The notes under the pieces were generated by a model, which did no database searches, was not told the origin of the DNA, and worked only from the letters and a program-made list of their open reading frames with translations. A stretch of DNA of 64,000 nt from NCBI GenBank assembly GCA_000092065.1, contig CP000593.1; one strand, 5' to 3'. Positions 27,301 to 37,858 of the stretch are shown here, piece after piece. A program made the translations under genes and the position numbers. Origin of the DNA: Ostreococcus lucimarinus. Taxonomy: Eukaryota. How positions within the stretch are numbered: the first letter of the stretch is position 1; every line of letters starts with the position of its first letter.

Positions 27301-30300
27301 GTCTTCGAGTGACGGTCGGTCCTTACTATCGAGAGATTTGAGCATCACCGCCGCGCGCTCGTTCCACTTCTTCGCCGCGTTGATGTGGCTCTCGCACTGC
27401 GCCAGCAGCGCTTCTTCATCTGGGGCAACCTCTTTATCTTCGGAGTCGAGGAACTCGTTACCCGCCCGCACGGCCGCTTCGACTTCGGCGAGCGGATATT
27501 TCTTCGATGAAACCATGTCCTTCAATTTCTCTGCCAGCTCCCGGACGACGATACGGTTTCGCAACCACTCGACTTCGTCCACTCGCACGCTAAACTTTTC
27601 ACCCTCGACGAGAAGCATGTGCAAATCCGTCACTCTTGCTCCCGGATAATCACTCGCTCGAGCATGATCGGCCCACACTTTGACAGCTTTGATTTGATCG
27701 GCTAGTCTGTCGACCTCGTCGAGTTTTGTTGACAACGCCATGCCCTCCTTGAGAAGCGCCTCGGCTTCTTCCACGTCAACCTTGGCGACGAACAGCGACT
27801 CAGACTTTGCGCGCCAAAAATTCAACTCTTCTAAAGATTTGCGCAAAGTCAAGAGTTCGCTCTGCTGAACGGGTAATCCATGCGCCTCTTCGTATAACGC
27901 CTCGATCTCTCGAGCATTCGCTAGTTCCTCGCGCGGCGGGAGTTGTCGTCGTCCTGGAAGCGCGCCGCGCACCTTCGTGGACCACGCGCCTGCTCTAACG
28001 ATGACGTCCTTCAGCTTTTTATATGAAGGGACTTCCACACCAAACTTATTCGCTTCAGTTTGAAGCGTCGTACAAGCGCGAGGAGATGGATTCGGTACCT
28101 CGGCGAGAGCCGCCTTGATGCGTTCCTCCAATTTCAAGCCCGCCGCGAGCAAATCGCGGAAAGGTTGAGTATCAGCCTTAGGCATCGGTACCGGTGGGTT
28201 GTCAAGGAGCTCTTTTAGTCTGTTCAATCTCAATCGCGCTTCACCAGCGTCATCGTGCGCGGCCTCGGCACCAGCACTGGATCCAAGCCTTTGCTTCAGC
28301 GCCACAAGACTCGTCTGCCACGCGACGGCGTTCGTCACGCGAGTGTACGCTTCTCGAGCCGCCTTCATATCAGCACCACCCCAAATAAACTCTTCACCCG
28401 CAGCGAGTAAATTTCTCATCTTGTCCAGCGGCGGCAAAGGTGGTTTGACGAGCTCTTCGCCCACTCGTTTCACCCAAGCCTGAGCCTTCTTGACGAGATT
28501 CTTGTTCACTGTGACTGAGTCCAAGTCGCTGTGCTTGGATTTTAAGCTGGCTAGTTCCTTCTGAGAAAGCGCCTTCTCCGTCTTCTTCACCAGACTTTCT
28601 AAATCAGCCACTGTTTCTCTGTAAAACATCGTCTTCTTCGACATCGCACATTTGCACAAGTCGTTGACGTGTCGCAAGCACGCCTTGCGCGTCTCGTCGC
28701 ACGAGCACCCGACGCCAGACGAGTACAAAATGTGTCGACAAACAACGCACTCATCGGATCCAGAGTTCGATGCATCGTCAAACCTAGATCGTACTTTACG
28801 AGGCTTTTCGCAGCCATCGTCGTCGTCGTCGTCGTCTGCTGACGTCATTTGCGCGCTGCGCGTCACGCCAGACGCGAAAAGCTCGGCGCGACCGTTTGCC
28901 TCTTCAGCGTACAAGCGCGCAATCTCGGGCCACAAGTGCGGCGCTATGCTCGAACTAGGATTGTTTGCTACTCTGCAAACCAACTCGTCGTGACTAAACA
29001 ATGAACGCTTGGCGTACGATCGGTTTCTCTCCACGCTCGCCGAGCCCTCTGGGAGCCAGTCAGCGGGCACAAAGTTGACGCTCTCCGTGCAGTTCAATCC
29101 ACAGTTGAACGACGCGTAGTACGCCCCGGGATACGTCACCACGTATTCTCCTGGGAATTGCTCCAACGTGTGCACGGGCACTCCCGCGCTCATCAAGAAG
29201 CTCGGCGAGAGCATCGTAAAGACGCTTCCCAAATCGTTGACGTGCGCCTCGTAGACGTCGGGCATCACCTTCTGGAAGCATTCTTCCAACTTGTCCGCTG
29301 CACTCGCCGGCACGCAGTACCACAGTTTCGCGGCACCCCAGTGATTGTAAGTGATACTGTACATGTTATGCTCTTCTCGACGCCAAGTCGTGGAACTAAA
29401 CGTGCTTCCGACTTCTAAGAATGGCGTCGTCACGCCCGCCACGTCATCCTTCAACGCGCCCAGTAGCGACGACTTTTCCCCACTCGCGCGCGCGACGTTG
29501 TTGAGATTCCATTTCGACTCTGACCAGCGCTTGATAGATTCCGGGCTCACGCCGTCAATCTTTACCTGAAGCGCTTCGCCGTGTCTCGGGAACCCGCTTC
29601 CGTACTTTGTCGTGTCAATCGCCGTGCCGCATTTGACCTCGCAAACATCATCCACCGAGCTCGCATCTTCAACCATTCGCCAGAAACACTCCTCAATCAC
29701 CTGCATATCGATCCCAGTTCGCTTGGCGTCCTCGCCAAAGAACGCCGTATCAAATTCTATGCACGCCTCGTTGAAATCGCCGAGCGTAAACTGCGTCCCT
29801 TCATCCGCGCTCAATCGCTCCACCTCCGCGTCAATCTCTTCGCATCGTCCACAAAACCACTCTCCACTCGGCACTTCAGTCATCTTCGGCGTTAAGCAGT
29901 ACATATGTGACCTACGCGCGCATCATTCGTCAGTCTCGTCGCTCCTTCGCGGCTCCTTCTCCCCCGCGCGCCTCTAAACCCCACGTCTAACCGTCGCCCA
30001 CGCGCGCGTTCGCCGCGCCCTCGCGCGCCGCGCGAGCGCTCTCTCTCCCCGAACGCGCGTCCGAACGATCGAGATAATTTTCACGCGCGCGTTCTCGCGT
30101 GGCATTGTCGTATACGCACCCTCGATCGCACCCATCGCACAGGATCATCGCGTCTTCGTTCCCGCTCGCGCCGCACACGTCGCAGTCGGCGTCGCCCTCG
30201 GGCGCGTCCGCGAGCTGCGAGGCGACGAGATCGAGGCCCTGCGTCGCGAAAACACGCGCCGTAAAAGTCAGTCGCACGTCATCGCGACGCCCATCATCGC

Positions 30301-30820
30301 GCGCGCGCGTCGCACGCGCCGCGAACGCGTGCGATTCGCCGTCATCCCGGTCCCGCGCGAAGAAGATATGGCACGAATTACGCACATTTTCCACCTTGAC
30401 TCGCCGTTCGGGCGCGCCCGACGCCCCAAATTCGAGCCCACACAGCGCATCGATCGCCAGCGCGTCATCTTGTTCGATCTCTCCCTTCACCGCGTCGAAC
30501 TGCGCGCTCTTCACCGCGTCTTCTCTTCGCTTGGCGTCGCGCGCGAACGCCTCCAGCCACGCCCCGTGCAGCGCTCTCGCCGCGTGTCCCGCCGCGCATC
30601 CGCGTCCGTGCGCCCCGATCGCCTCCGCGACCTCGCGCCAGCCTTGATTTCCATCGATCGCGTCCGCGCCACCGCGTCTTTTCACCTCCTCGTACAGCGC
30701 GCGCAGGTCGAAGCGCCATCCTCGCACTCGATGGATGCGCCAACTCGCCCCTCGCGGCGCGCGTTCGTCCGGTCGCGACGCCCTGTGTCGCTCGTATTCG
30801 TCCCTGAACGGCACGCGCAT
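24382..30820 (-). CDS. KDM5/JARID1-type JmjC histone lysine demethylase (ARID, PHD, JmjC, C5HC2 zinc finger, PLU-1, PHD, PHD); at least 2 introns or interruptions
   Basis: ARID block DLRALYEEVKRRGGADAI..GWREVAEAIG; PHD1 split by an intron (CDVCGASGNEDAMILCDGCDRG | GSHMYCLTPKMTEVPSGEWFCGRC); JmjC GSTFSSTTWRREEHNMYSITYNHWGAAKLWYCVP; C5HC2 finger; two C-terminal PHDs with CxC spacing. Exon 30820..30120, intron 30119..29912, exon 29911..26248, in-frame TAG at 26245-26247, then 26244..24382. 5' start (ATG 30820) uncertain. Confidence 0.7.
29912..30119 (-). other. Spliceosomal intron (208 nt) inside PHD finger 1 of the KDM5-like gene
   Basis: Donor CGAGG|GTGCGT, branch CGAGACTGACGAAT, acceptor GCGTAG|. 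Splicing gives CDGCDRGGSHMYC, a canonical C-x2-C-x5-H-x2-C PHD core. Confidence 0.65.
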
Positions 30821-31360
30821 GTCGACGGACGCGTCTCGCGCGCACGCCCCGAGCGCGCGGACCGGCTGCGTGCGCGCGGTGAACGACCACGCGCGCAAAT
30901 CGAGGGCGAACGCGCCGCGGTCGCGATGGCGGAGACCTCGCGCGTCGTCGTCGTCGTCGTCGTGCGCGATCGTGAGCTTGCCGATGCCGCACGCGCGGGC
31001 GTCGACGGCGGCGAGATCATCGAGGGCGTCGACGACGCCGGCCTCCGGGCGCGCGGACGCGCACGGCGCGCGCGACGGGGCCCGCATCGACCGCCGTCGC
31101 GAAATGCGGTGCGCGCGCGACGCCCGCGCGAGACGCGCTCGCACGACACGGCGTTCGCGCGCGTCGCAATGCGCGTTCGGTCGCGGCGATGATTATTTAT
31201 GCGCGCGTCATCGCGATCGCACATGGATCGAGACGGCGCCCGAACGCGCGTTTGACCGTCGTCGATCGGCGATAAACCGATGCGCGCGCGGGCGACGACG
31301 ACGTCGTCGCGGTGACGGTCGGGACGCGCGCGCGGTGCGCGCGCGAGACGCGCGCGCGCG

Positions 31361-32491
31361 ATGGCGCATCGAGACCTCGGTCGCGACGTGCGAGGGGCCG
31401 GAGGCGCGGCGTTCGGCGACGGCGTCAGCGCGGTGCGGTTCTGCGCGGTCAGCGCGGGAGAGGGTCGCGACGACGACGACGATGGGATGGCGCGACGGTT
31501 GACGCTCCTGGTGACGTCCTGGGACGGGACCGCGCGGCGGTACGCGTGCCGCGCGCGCGAGATCGGGGACGTGAAATCGTTGAACTCGATCGATTTGGGC
31601 GCGCCCGCGCTGTGCGGGACGTTCGTCGGGACGGATGAGGACGCGGCGTGCGTGGGATGCCTCGACGGGTCGGTGCGCCTCGTCGATTTTAAAACTGGCG
31701 CGTTTCGCGTCGTCGGCGCGCACGACGACGGCGCGGTGTCGGCGGTGGAGTACGATGATGCGACGAAGAAATTGTTTACGTTTGGCTGGGATCGAACGAT
31801 TAGGGCGTGGGATTTGACGAAGGACGAGCGAGGGCGCGCGGTGTCGACGACGAAGACGGCTGGGAAGTGCTACGCGGCGGATTTGAGAGACGGTAAGATT
31901 TTCGTGGCGACGAGCGATGGGCAAGTTTTGGCGTACGAGACGCGAGATTTAGTGCGCGGTGTGGATGGTGATGACGGACGACGCGCGTCGGAAGCGCCGC
32001 CGCGTCCGTTGATAAATAGACGTTCGAGCATGCGGTTTCAAACGCGCGCCATCGCAGCAAATATCCGAGGCGATGGATTCGTGGCCGCGAGCGTCGAGGG
32101 ACGCGTAGCGGTGGAGTTCATACGCGATGAAGAGAACGACAAGCGAAAATATGCGTTCAAGTGTCATCGCAAAACCGATGACGCGAGCGTGGGTGAGATT
32201 GTTTATCCCGTCCACGCGGTGGCGTTTCATCCCGTCCACGGCACATTCGCCACGGGCGGCGGCGACGGTTACGTCAATTTTTGGGATGGCGACGCTAAAA
32301 AGCGACTTTTTCAGTCGCCCCGCTACCCCACCTCCATCTCAGCGCTCGCTTTCAGTCCTTGTGGGTCCTTGCTCGCCATCGCGTCTTCGTACGCGCACGA
32401 AGAGCGAGAGAACAACAAGCCCGAAGACCGCGTCTTCCTTCGCGAGACGCGCGCCGAGGAAGTCACCCCGAAATCGGCCAAGACATCCTAG
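31361..32491 (+). CDS. BUB3: Mitotic checkpoint protein BUB3 (WD40)
   Basis: YAFKCHR...VYPVHAVAFHPVHGTFATGGGDGYVNFWDGDAKKRLFQSPRYPTSISALAFSPCGSLLAIASSYAHE is near-identical in pattern to the BUB3 C-terminus. ATG verified at 31361. Confidence 0.85.
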   Translation: MAHRDLGRDVRGAGGAAFGDGVSAVRFCAVSAGEGRDDDDDGMARRLTLLVTSWDGTARRYACRAREIGDVKSLNSIDLGAPALCGTFVGTDEDAACVGCLDGSVRLVDFKTGAFRVVGAHDDGAVSAVEYDDATKKLFTFGWDRTIRAWDLTKDERGRAVSTTKTAGKCYAADLRDGKIFVATSDGQVLAYETRDLVRGVDGDDGRRASEAPPRPLINRRSSMRFQTRAIAANIRGDGFVAASVEGRVAVEFIRDEENDKRKYAFKCHRKTDDASVGEIVYPVHAVAFHPVHGTFATGGGDGYVNFWDGDAKKRLFQSPRYPTSISALAFSPCGSLLAIASSYAHEERENNKPEDRVFLRETRAEEVTPKSAKTS

Positions 32492-32668
32492 ACAAACGAC
32501 CGACCGAACGAACGCGCGCGCGTGTCAACGCTCATCGCCAGATATTCATTCGCGCGCCGAACCTTTCGCCGAGACGCTTCGCGTCCCGCTCGCGCCGCGT
32601 CCTCACTTTCCCTCGCGCGCGTCCGCCCGCGGCGCGCCCGCGGCCCGCCCGCGCCCGCGCTCGGCGTC

Positions 32669-34702
32669 ATGTACCGCGCGTCACGCATCCCCGCGCGCGC
32701 GCGTTGGCGCATCGCGTCGCTCGCGTCGCCGCGGCGCGCGCCGTCGCCGCGTCACCGCCGCTCGCTCGTCGTCGTTCGCGCCGCGCGCGCGACGCCCGCG
32801 ACGTTCGATTACACCGCCCTCGTCGCGAGCGTGCGGGAGATAAACGCGCTGTCGACGCCGGTGAAGATCGACGCGTGCGCGCAGGTGGACGCGCACTCGA
32901 TGACGCTGGACGCGCGCGCGGCGGATGGACGGCGGAGCGTGCGAGTGAGTTGGCACCCGGTGACCGCGCACGTCGCGATGAGCGCGCGCGGGGCCAAGGT
33001 GGAGAAGGGGATGAATCTTAGTTTTGGCGAGAGCGCGAACGCGCTGCTCAAGGGGAAGGTGCTGCTGGATGCGCGCGTGGGGACGGCGTGGGAACGCGCG
33101 TGTCGGTTGCGATTCGGCGATAGGCCGGGAGGTGAGGCAGAGTACGAGCTGTTGTGTGAGGTCATGGGGCGGTACAGCAACGCGTTCTTGCTTGATAGTA
33201 AAAATAATGATGAAGTTTTAGCGTGTGGGTATCAGGTTGGGGAGAAACAGACGAGTGTGCGGCGATTGGCGATCGGGTACGCGTACGAGCCGCCGCCCTC
33301 GGCGCCCGGGATCGATCCCACGACCGGGGTTGAAGGGGGCGTGGACGGATGGACCGCGGTGTTGCGCGACGTCGCACGCGGTCGCAGTGGTGATATGGGC
33401 GAAGCGCGTTTGGATGAGTGCATGGTGCGCGCGTTTCGAGGGGTGTCACCGGCTTTGGCCAAGGCGTTGATTCGCGGCGCGGGCGTCGCCGATGGCGAGC
33501 GCGTCGAAACCGCGAGTGCGAGCGATTGGGTCGCCGTGTACGATGAGTTCATGCGATGGATTGCGAGCGTTTCAAGTGATGCCGACAGTGCGGGTACGCT
33601 CGCAAACGCCACGTGGTGCGAAGAGTTCGGGCAGTTGTTATTGCACCCGTCGTCCGCGGGCGTCGTCTTGCCGCCCGCCGCCGACGATTTGAGCGTTGCC
33701 GGCGGGCCGATCGGCGCTCTTTTCGGCGCTGTGTACGGCGAAGCGGGCGAAACCGACGTGTTCGAGCGCGAACGCTCGCGCATTTTACAAGCCGTGCGCG
33801 CGCGTCTGAAAAAGTTGGCGAGCAAAGACGTTGGGTTCCGCAAGCAATTAGAGGCGGCGAGCGGGCACGAAGAAATTCAACTGCTCGCCGACGCGTTGAT
33901 GGCGTACAGTTACAACTATAAGCCTGGTTCGAGCGAGCTTGAGGGTCAAGACTTCACCACGGGCGAGACAGTGATGTTTAAAGTAGATCCCGAGAAAGGT
34001 CCTGTGGGCACCGCCGAGGCGCTGTACAAAAAGACGAGAAAGCTGCGTCGCACCGCCGACGCCGTCGAGCCGCTCATCGAACAAAATGCGAGCGAGATTG
34101 AGTATTTAGAGGGCGTCGAATTTAGTATTCTCGAAGTCAGCGAGTTCAAATCGCGCGACGATTTATTGTTCATCGAGGAAATTGGCGCCGAACTCGTGGA
34201 CGGTGGATTCTTAAAGCCCACGGGCAAGGGCGCCGACGCGAAGACGCGCGCGATGGCGGCGGCGAAGAAGGGCGGCGGCGCGAAGCCGAAAACCGGTAAG
34301 CAAGCGCGTAAGCAAGAGATGATGAACGCCATTCGCATCTATACCGCGCCGAGTGGAAAGGAGGTGTACTGCGGAAGAAATAGCCGCGGAAACGAAGCGG
34401 TTTCGCTTTTCTTCGGACAAGACCAAGACGTGTGGTTTCACGTTCGCGGCGCCCCGGGCGCGCACGTCATCCTTCGCCAACAACCAGGCGAAACCGCCTC
34501 AGACGACGACATCCAATTCGCCGCCAACGTCGCGAGCTTTCATTCGAAAGTGAGAACGGGCGGCAAAGTCAACGTTTCGTACACGTCTCCTAAGTACGTG
34601 AAAAAGCCCAAGGGCGCCAGGCTCGGCATGGTCACCATCGACCGCGAAGACGTCATCGTCGGACGACCGGACGACGTCGCGGACGTCTGCGACGGGCGAT
34701 GA
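32669..34702 (+). CDS. NFACT-family protein (RqcH/FbpA/Tae2-like ribosome quality-control factor), probably plastid-targeted
   Basis: NFACT-N region FDYTALVASVREINALS..., coiled-coil middle, C-terminal NFACT-R/DUF814 IYTAPSGKEVYCGRNSRGNEAVSLFFGQDQDVWFHVRGAPGAHVIL. ORF-track start 32522 is GTG. First ATG verified at 32669, followed by a transit-peptide-like stretch. Confidence 0.7.
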   Translation: MYRASRIPARARWRIASLASPRRAPSPRHRRSLVVVRAARATPATFDYTALVASVREINALSTPVKIDACAQVDAHSMTLDARAADGRRSVRVSWHPVTAHVAMSARGAKVEKGMNLSFGESANALLKGKVLLDARVGTAWERACRLRFGDRPGGEAEYELLCEVMGRYSNAFLLDSKNNDEVLACGYQVGEKQTSVRRLAIGYAYEPPPSAPGIDPTTGVEGGVDGWTAVLRDVARGRSGDMGEARLDECMVRAFRGVSPALAKALIRGAGVADGERVETASASDWVAVYDEFMRWIASVSSDADSAGTLANATWCEEFGQLLLHPSSAGVVLPPAADDLSVAGGPIGALFGAVYGEAGETDVFERERSRILQAVRARLKKLASKDVGFRKQLEAASGHEEIQLLADALMAYSYNYKPGSSELEGQDFTTGETVMFKVDPEKGPVGTAEALYKKTRKLRRTADAVEPLIEQNASEIEYLEGVEFSILEVSEFKSRDDLLFIEEIGAELVDGGFLKPTGKGADAKTRAMAAAKKGGGAKPKTGKQARKQEMMNAIRIYTAPSGKEVYCGRNSRGNEAVSLFFGQDQDVWFHVRGAPGAHVILRQQPGETASDDDIQFAANVASFHSKVRTGGKVNVSYTSPKYVKKPKGARLGMVTIDREDVIVGRPDDVADVCDGR

Positions 34703-34990
34703 ATCGCGCGCATCGCTCAAACTTGTAACATTCGCCCCCTCGTCCCGAGGACCCATAAAGTCATAAAGCGTCCATCGCGTCGTCGCGCGCACCGTCGCGT
34801 CTCGCCGCGCCCTTCGCCGCGCGCCCCGCGGGCTTCGCGCGTCGCGCGCGACGCCGACGCCGACGCCTCGCCTCCGACCGCGCGCGCGTCGACCGCGTCG
34901 ACCGCGGCGACCGCGCGTTTCGTCGCGCGGTCGCGTGACGTCACGCGCGAACCGTCGACGTCGACGATTCGTGTCGCGCGACCGACCGCT

Positions 34991-35007
34991 CGTATGCGTA
35001 AACAGTG
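34991..35007 (+). promoter_or_regulatory. CGTATGCGTAAACAGTG promoter element, sense orientation, 79 nt upstream of the ELIP-like ATG
   Basis: 16/17 match to the tandem element at 5643-5659 and 5675-5691 and to the inverted copy at 45624-45640. Confidence 0.4.
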
Positions 35008-35085
35008 ACGCGCGAAAATGACAAAATTCGACGTCACCGTCGACGGCGCGCCGCATCGCGTCACTCTCGCACACGCACGCACGAC

Positions 35086-35742
35086 ATGTTCGCCGTCACG
35101 ACTCGCCCCCAACTCGCCGCCCGCGCCGTCGTCAAGACGCAGCGCGCGCACCGCCGCGCCTCCGTCGCGGTCCGCGCCGAAAACGACGTCTCCAAGGCGG
35201 TCGAAGAGGCGAACTCCGAGTGGAAGGATGCCGACGCGGCGTCCAAGCAGCCGACGATGCGCGTCGACGCGATCGACCCGGCCGACGGCTCCATCGCCGA
35301 AGCGGCGCCGCTCGGGAACGATAACTCCATGCTCGACTCCGTCATGCTCGCGTTCAAGGACTCGCGCGCGGTGGAGACGATCAACGGTCGCGCGGCGATG
35401 ATTGGGTGGACGGCGGCGCTCTACGTGGAGCTGACGTCGAACACGAGCTTCATGCACCAATTGTTCAACGAACGCACGTTCACGCTCGCGGACGGCATCA
35501 CGCGCACGTCCACGTACCCGGCGGCCGGGTTCTTCCTCGTGCCGGCCTGCGTGATCTTGACCTTGGCGTCCTCTTTGGCGCCGGCGCTCAAGAAGTCGTC
35601 GCCGAACGGCTTGGACGAGGCGCCCGAGGCGTTCGGGCCGTTCCGCGCGGAGGCGGAGATGACGAACGGTCGCGGTGCGATGATCGGTCTCGTCGCGTTG
35701 CCGATCGTCGAAAAGATCATGGGCGGCTCCGCGCTGTTCTAA
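35086..35742 (+). CDS. ELIP / LHC-like chlorophyll a/b-binding family protein (three-helix, chloroplast-targeted)
   Basis: Two LHC motifs ETINGRAAMIGW and EMTNGRGAMIGL separated by a hydrophobic helix. Transit-peptide-like N-terminus MFAVTTRPQLAARAVVKTQRAHRRASVAVRA. ATG verified at 35086. Confidence 0.7.
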   Translation: MFAVTTRPQLAARAVVKTQRAHRRASVAVRAENDVSKAVEEANSEWKDADAASKQPTMRVDAIDPADGSIAEAAPLGNDNSMLDSVMLAFKDSRAVETINGRAAMIGWTAALYVELTSNTSFMHQLFNERTFTLADGITRTSTYPAAGFFLVPACVILTLASSLAPALKKSSPNGLDEAPEAFGPFRAEAEMTNGRGAMIGLVALPIVEKIMGGSALF

Positions 35743-35963
35743 TCGAACGATATCGGACAAAGATAAACAAACAACATTTTTTCAAGCAAGGATGGGCAGC
35801 GCTAACGATGTGCGCTCCGCCGCGCCAATTTTCACGACGATGATCGAAGACTTCTTACTTAGTCAGTTAGTGTAACAACACGAAAACATTTGCGCATCAA
35901 TCATTAAAACAATTGCGTCTAACTATGGCTTCGCGAAAGCCCGCGTCCGCCACGTCGAACGCT

Positions 35964-36608
35964 TCACGCGAACTCGTACGCGCGGCGCGCGAGTCGGGCG
36001 ATTTCCGCGTCGTCCGCGCCGCGAGCCACCGCCGCGTACATCGCATCCTCGCGTTCAGACCACACCATTTTCTTTGCAGAGATGTGAATCGGCGGTAAAA
36101 TCACTTTTTCGTCCGTCACGGCTAAGATGTCCTCCACGGACCAAAATTTTTGATCTAAATATTCGTCGGCGCACATCGTCTTGCGCGCGATTTCCTCCTC
36201 CGTCAGCGTCGCCGCGAGGACCACGTTAATATCGCACGTCCCGTTCCCCGCCGGCTCCTGCACTCGAAATTCCCAATTCATCGTGCTCGTGGTCACGAAT
36301 CGAAACCGCTCCGTGTCGATCTCGATCCCGATGTCTCGCTTCGCGTGCCGTCTCGCCGTCTCCTCCACCGTCTCCCCCGTGCGCATCCGTCCACCGATGT
36401 ACCACCACGTCCCTTTCGCCGGTTCGTGCTTGCGCAGCCCGAGCAAAACCTCTCCCTTTTCGTTCGTCAGCAAGCAATCGACGCAGCCCTTCACCAGCGC
36501 GTCCAAAGCGCGTCCGTACTCGTCGTCCGGCAGGAACAGCCCGCTCGGTTTGTACGTCCCAGTCTCGAAGTGGTGGTGTCGCGTCGGCGGTCGCGTCGGC
36601 GCCGGCAT
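35964..36608 (-). CDS. Nudix hydrolase family protein
   Basis: Nudix-box-like GGRMRTGETVEETARRHAKRDIGIEI, about 214 aa. ATG verified at 36608. Confidence 0.6.
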   Translation of the reverse strand: MPAPTRPPTRHHHFETGTYKPSGLFLPDDEYGRALDALVKGCVDCLLTNEKGEVLLGLRKHEPAKGTWWYIGGRMRTGETVEETARRHAKRDIGIEIDTERFRFVTTSTMNWEFRVQEPAGNGTCDINVVLAATLTEEEIARKTMCADEYLDQKFWSVEDILAVTDEKVILPPIHISAKKMVWSEREDAMYAAVARGADDAEIARLARRAYEFA

Positions 36609-36817
36609 CGTCTCGACGATCGCCCGCGTCTATCGTCGCTCGTCCGCGCGCGCGCGACCGGTCGAAGCGCGTCGGCGCGTCGCGACGTGCGCGTCGCGCC
36701 TCGGAGTCGCGCCGAAAAGTGTCCCGAGCGAAGTGGATAAAGTCGTCACTCCGCCGCGACGTCGCGTCGCGCGCGCGATCGCGCCCGACCGTCGTCGACG
36801 TCGTCCAACGAAGCGCC

Positions 36818-37810
36818 ATGGGCATTCGCGCCGCGTGCGCGGTGGACATGCGCGGTAAGATCGCCGTGGTCACCGGCGCGAACACCGGGATCGGGTTGCA
36901 GACGGCCAGGTTGCTCGCGGACGCCGGCGCGCGCGTCGTCATGGCGTGTCGCTCGATCGACAGAGCGAGGGCGGCGCTCGAGTACGCGTCAAACGGGGGC
37001 GCGAACGACGTGGCGGTGATGGCGCTCGATCTGAGCGACGCCGCGAGCGTCAGGGCGTTCGCGGAAAAGTTTGGGAAGGAGTATGAAAAATTGGACGTCT
37101 TGGTGAATAACGCGGGATTGAACGGGGCGAGCGGATACAGTGGACCGAAGACGACGAAACAAGGGTACGACATATGCATGGGGGTGAATTATCTCGGACA
37201 CTTCATGCTCACGTCGTTGTTGTTGCCGCAGTTGATGAAGAGCGACGGCGCGAGGGTGGTGGCGTTGAGTTCGGTGACGACGTGGTTCGGGTCAAACAAG
37301 TATCAGTACTACTACAAGGGTGCGAGTAAGACGAAGGGGAACTACGGGTCGAGCAAGTTGGCGTGTTTGGCGATGACGGTGGAGCTGCAGCGACGATTGG
37401 ATGCGGCGTATCCGGATAACAAGATCGTCTGCGCCGCCGCAGATCCGGGCTTCGTGGCGAGCAACATTTGGAGAGATTACAACCCGGTTTTGCGAAAGAT
37501 CATGAGCATCTTGGCCTTGACGCCCGCGCAAGGAGCGATGACGAGCGTGAACGCGGCGTCGCTGCCGTCCATAACAAAGGCGACGCTTTACATGCCGTTC
37601 AAGATTAAAATGTCCAAGCTGTTCAAGATGCACAAGAGCGCGACGTACATGTTCGGCATGCCTCTCTTATCCAAAGCGTTCGCCGGTTTCGGCGCCGATG
37701 CCATGGCGCCGCGCGCGAAAAACGCCGAGTCTAACGCGAAGCTTTGGGATTTGAGCATCGAGTTTTGCAAGGAGAACGGCGTCAAGAGCTGCGAGGCGTA
37801 CAATTTGTAA
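36818..37810 (+). CDS. Short-chain dehydrogenase/reductase (retinol dehydrogenase / WWOX-like SDR)
   Basis: TGANTGIG cofactor motif, NNAG, YGSSK active site. First ATG verified at 36818. The ORF-track start 36719 lies upstream in the same frame; not checked for ATG. Confidence 0.7.
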   Translation: MGIRAACAVDMRGKIAVVTGANTGIGLQTARLLADAGARVVMACRSIDRARAALEYASNGGANDVAVMALDLSDAASVRAFAEKFGKEYEKLDVLVNNAGLNGASGYSGPKTTKQGYDICMGVNYLGHFMLTSLLLPQLMKSDGARVVALSSVTTWFGSNKYQYYYKGASKTKGNYGSSKLACLAMTVELQRRLDAAYPDNKIVCAAADPGFVASNIWRDYNPVLRKIMSILALTPAQGAMTSVNAASLPSITKATLYMPFKIKMSKLFKMHKSATYMFGMPLLSKAFAGFGADAMAPRAKNAESNAKLWDLSIEFCKENGVKSCEAYNL

Positions 37811-37858
37811 TGGCTGATTATCTTCGCCGCGTCTCCTACAATTTGTTGTCGATTTTAA

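Noticed and set aside
34717-35760. 347-aa minus-strand ORF
   Set aside because: It is antisense to the ELIP-like gene and the NFACT gene's 3' end, with an Arg/Asp/Gly-rich artefact composition.
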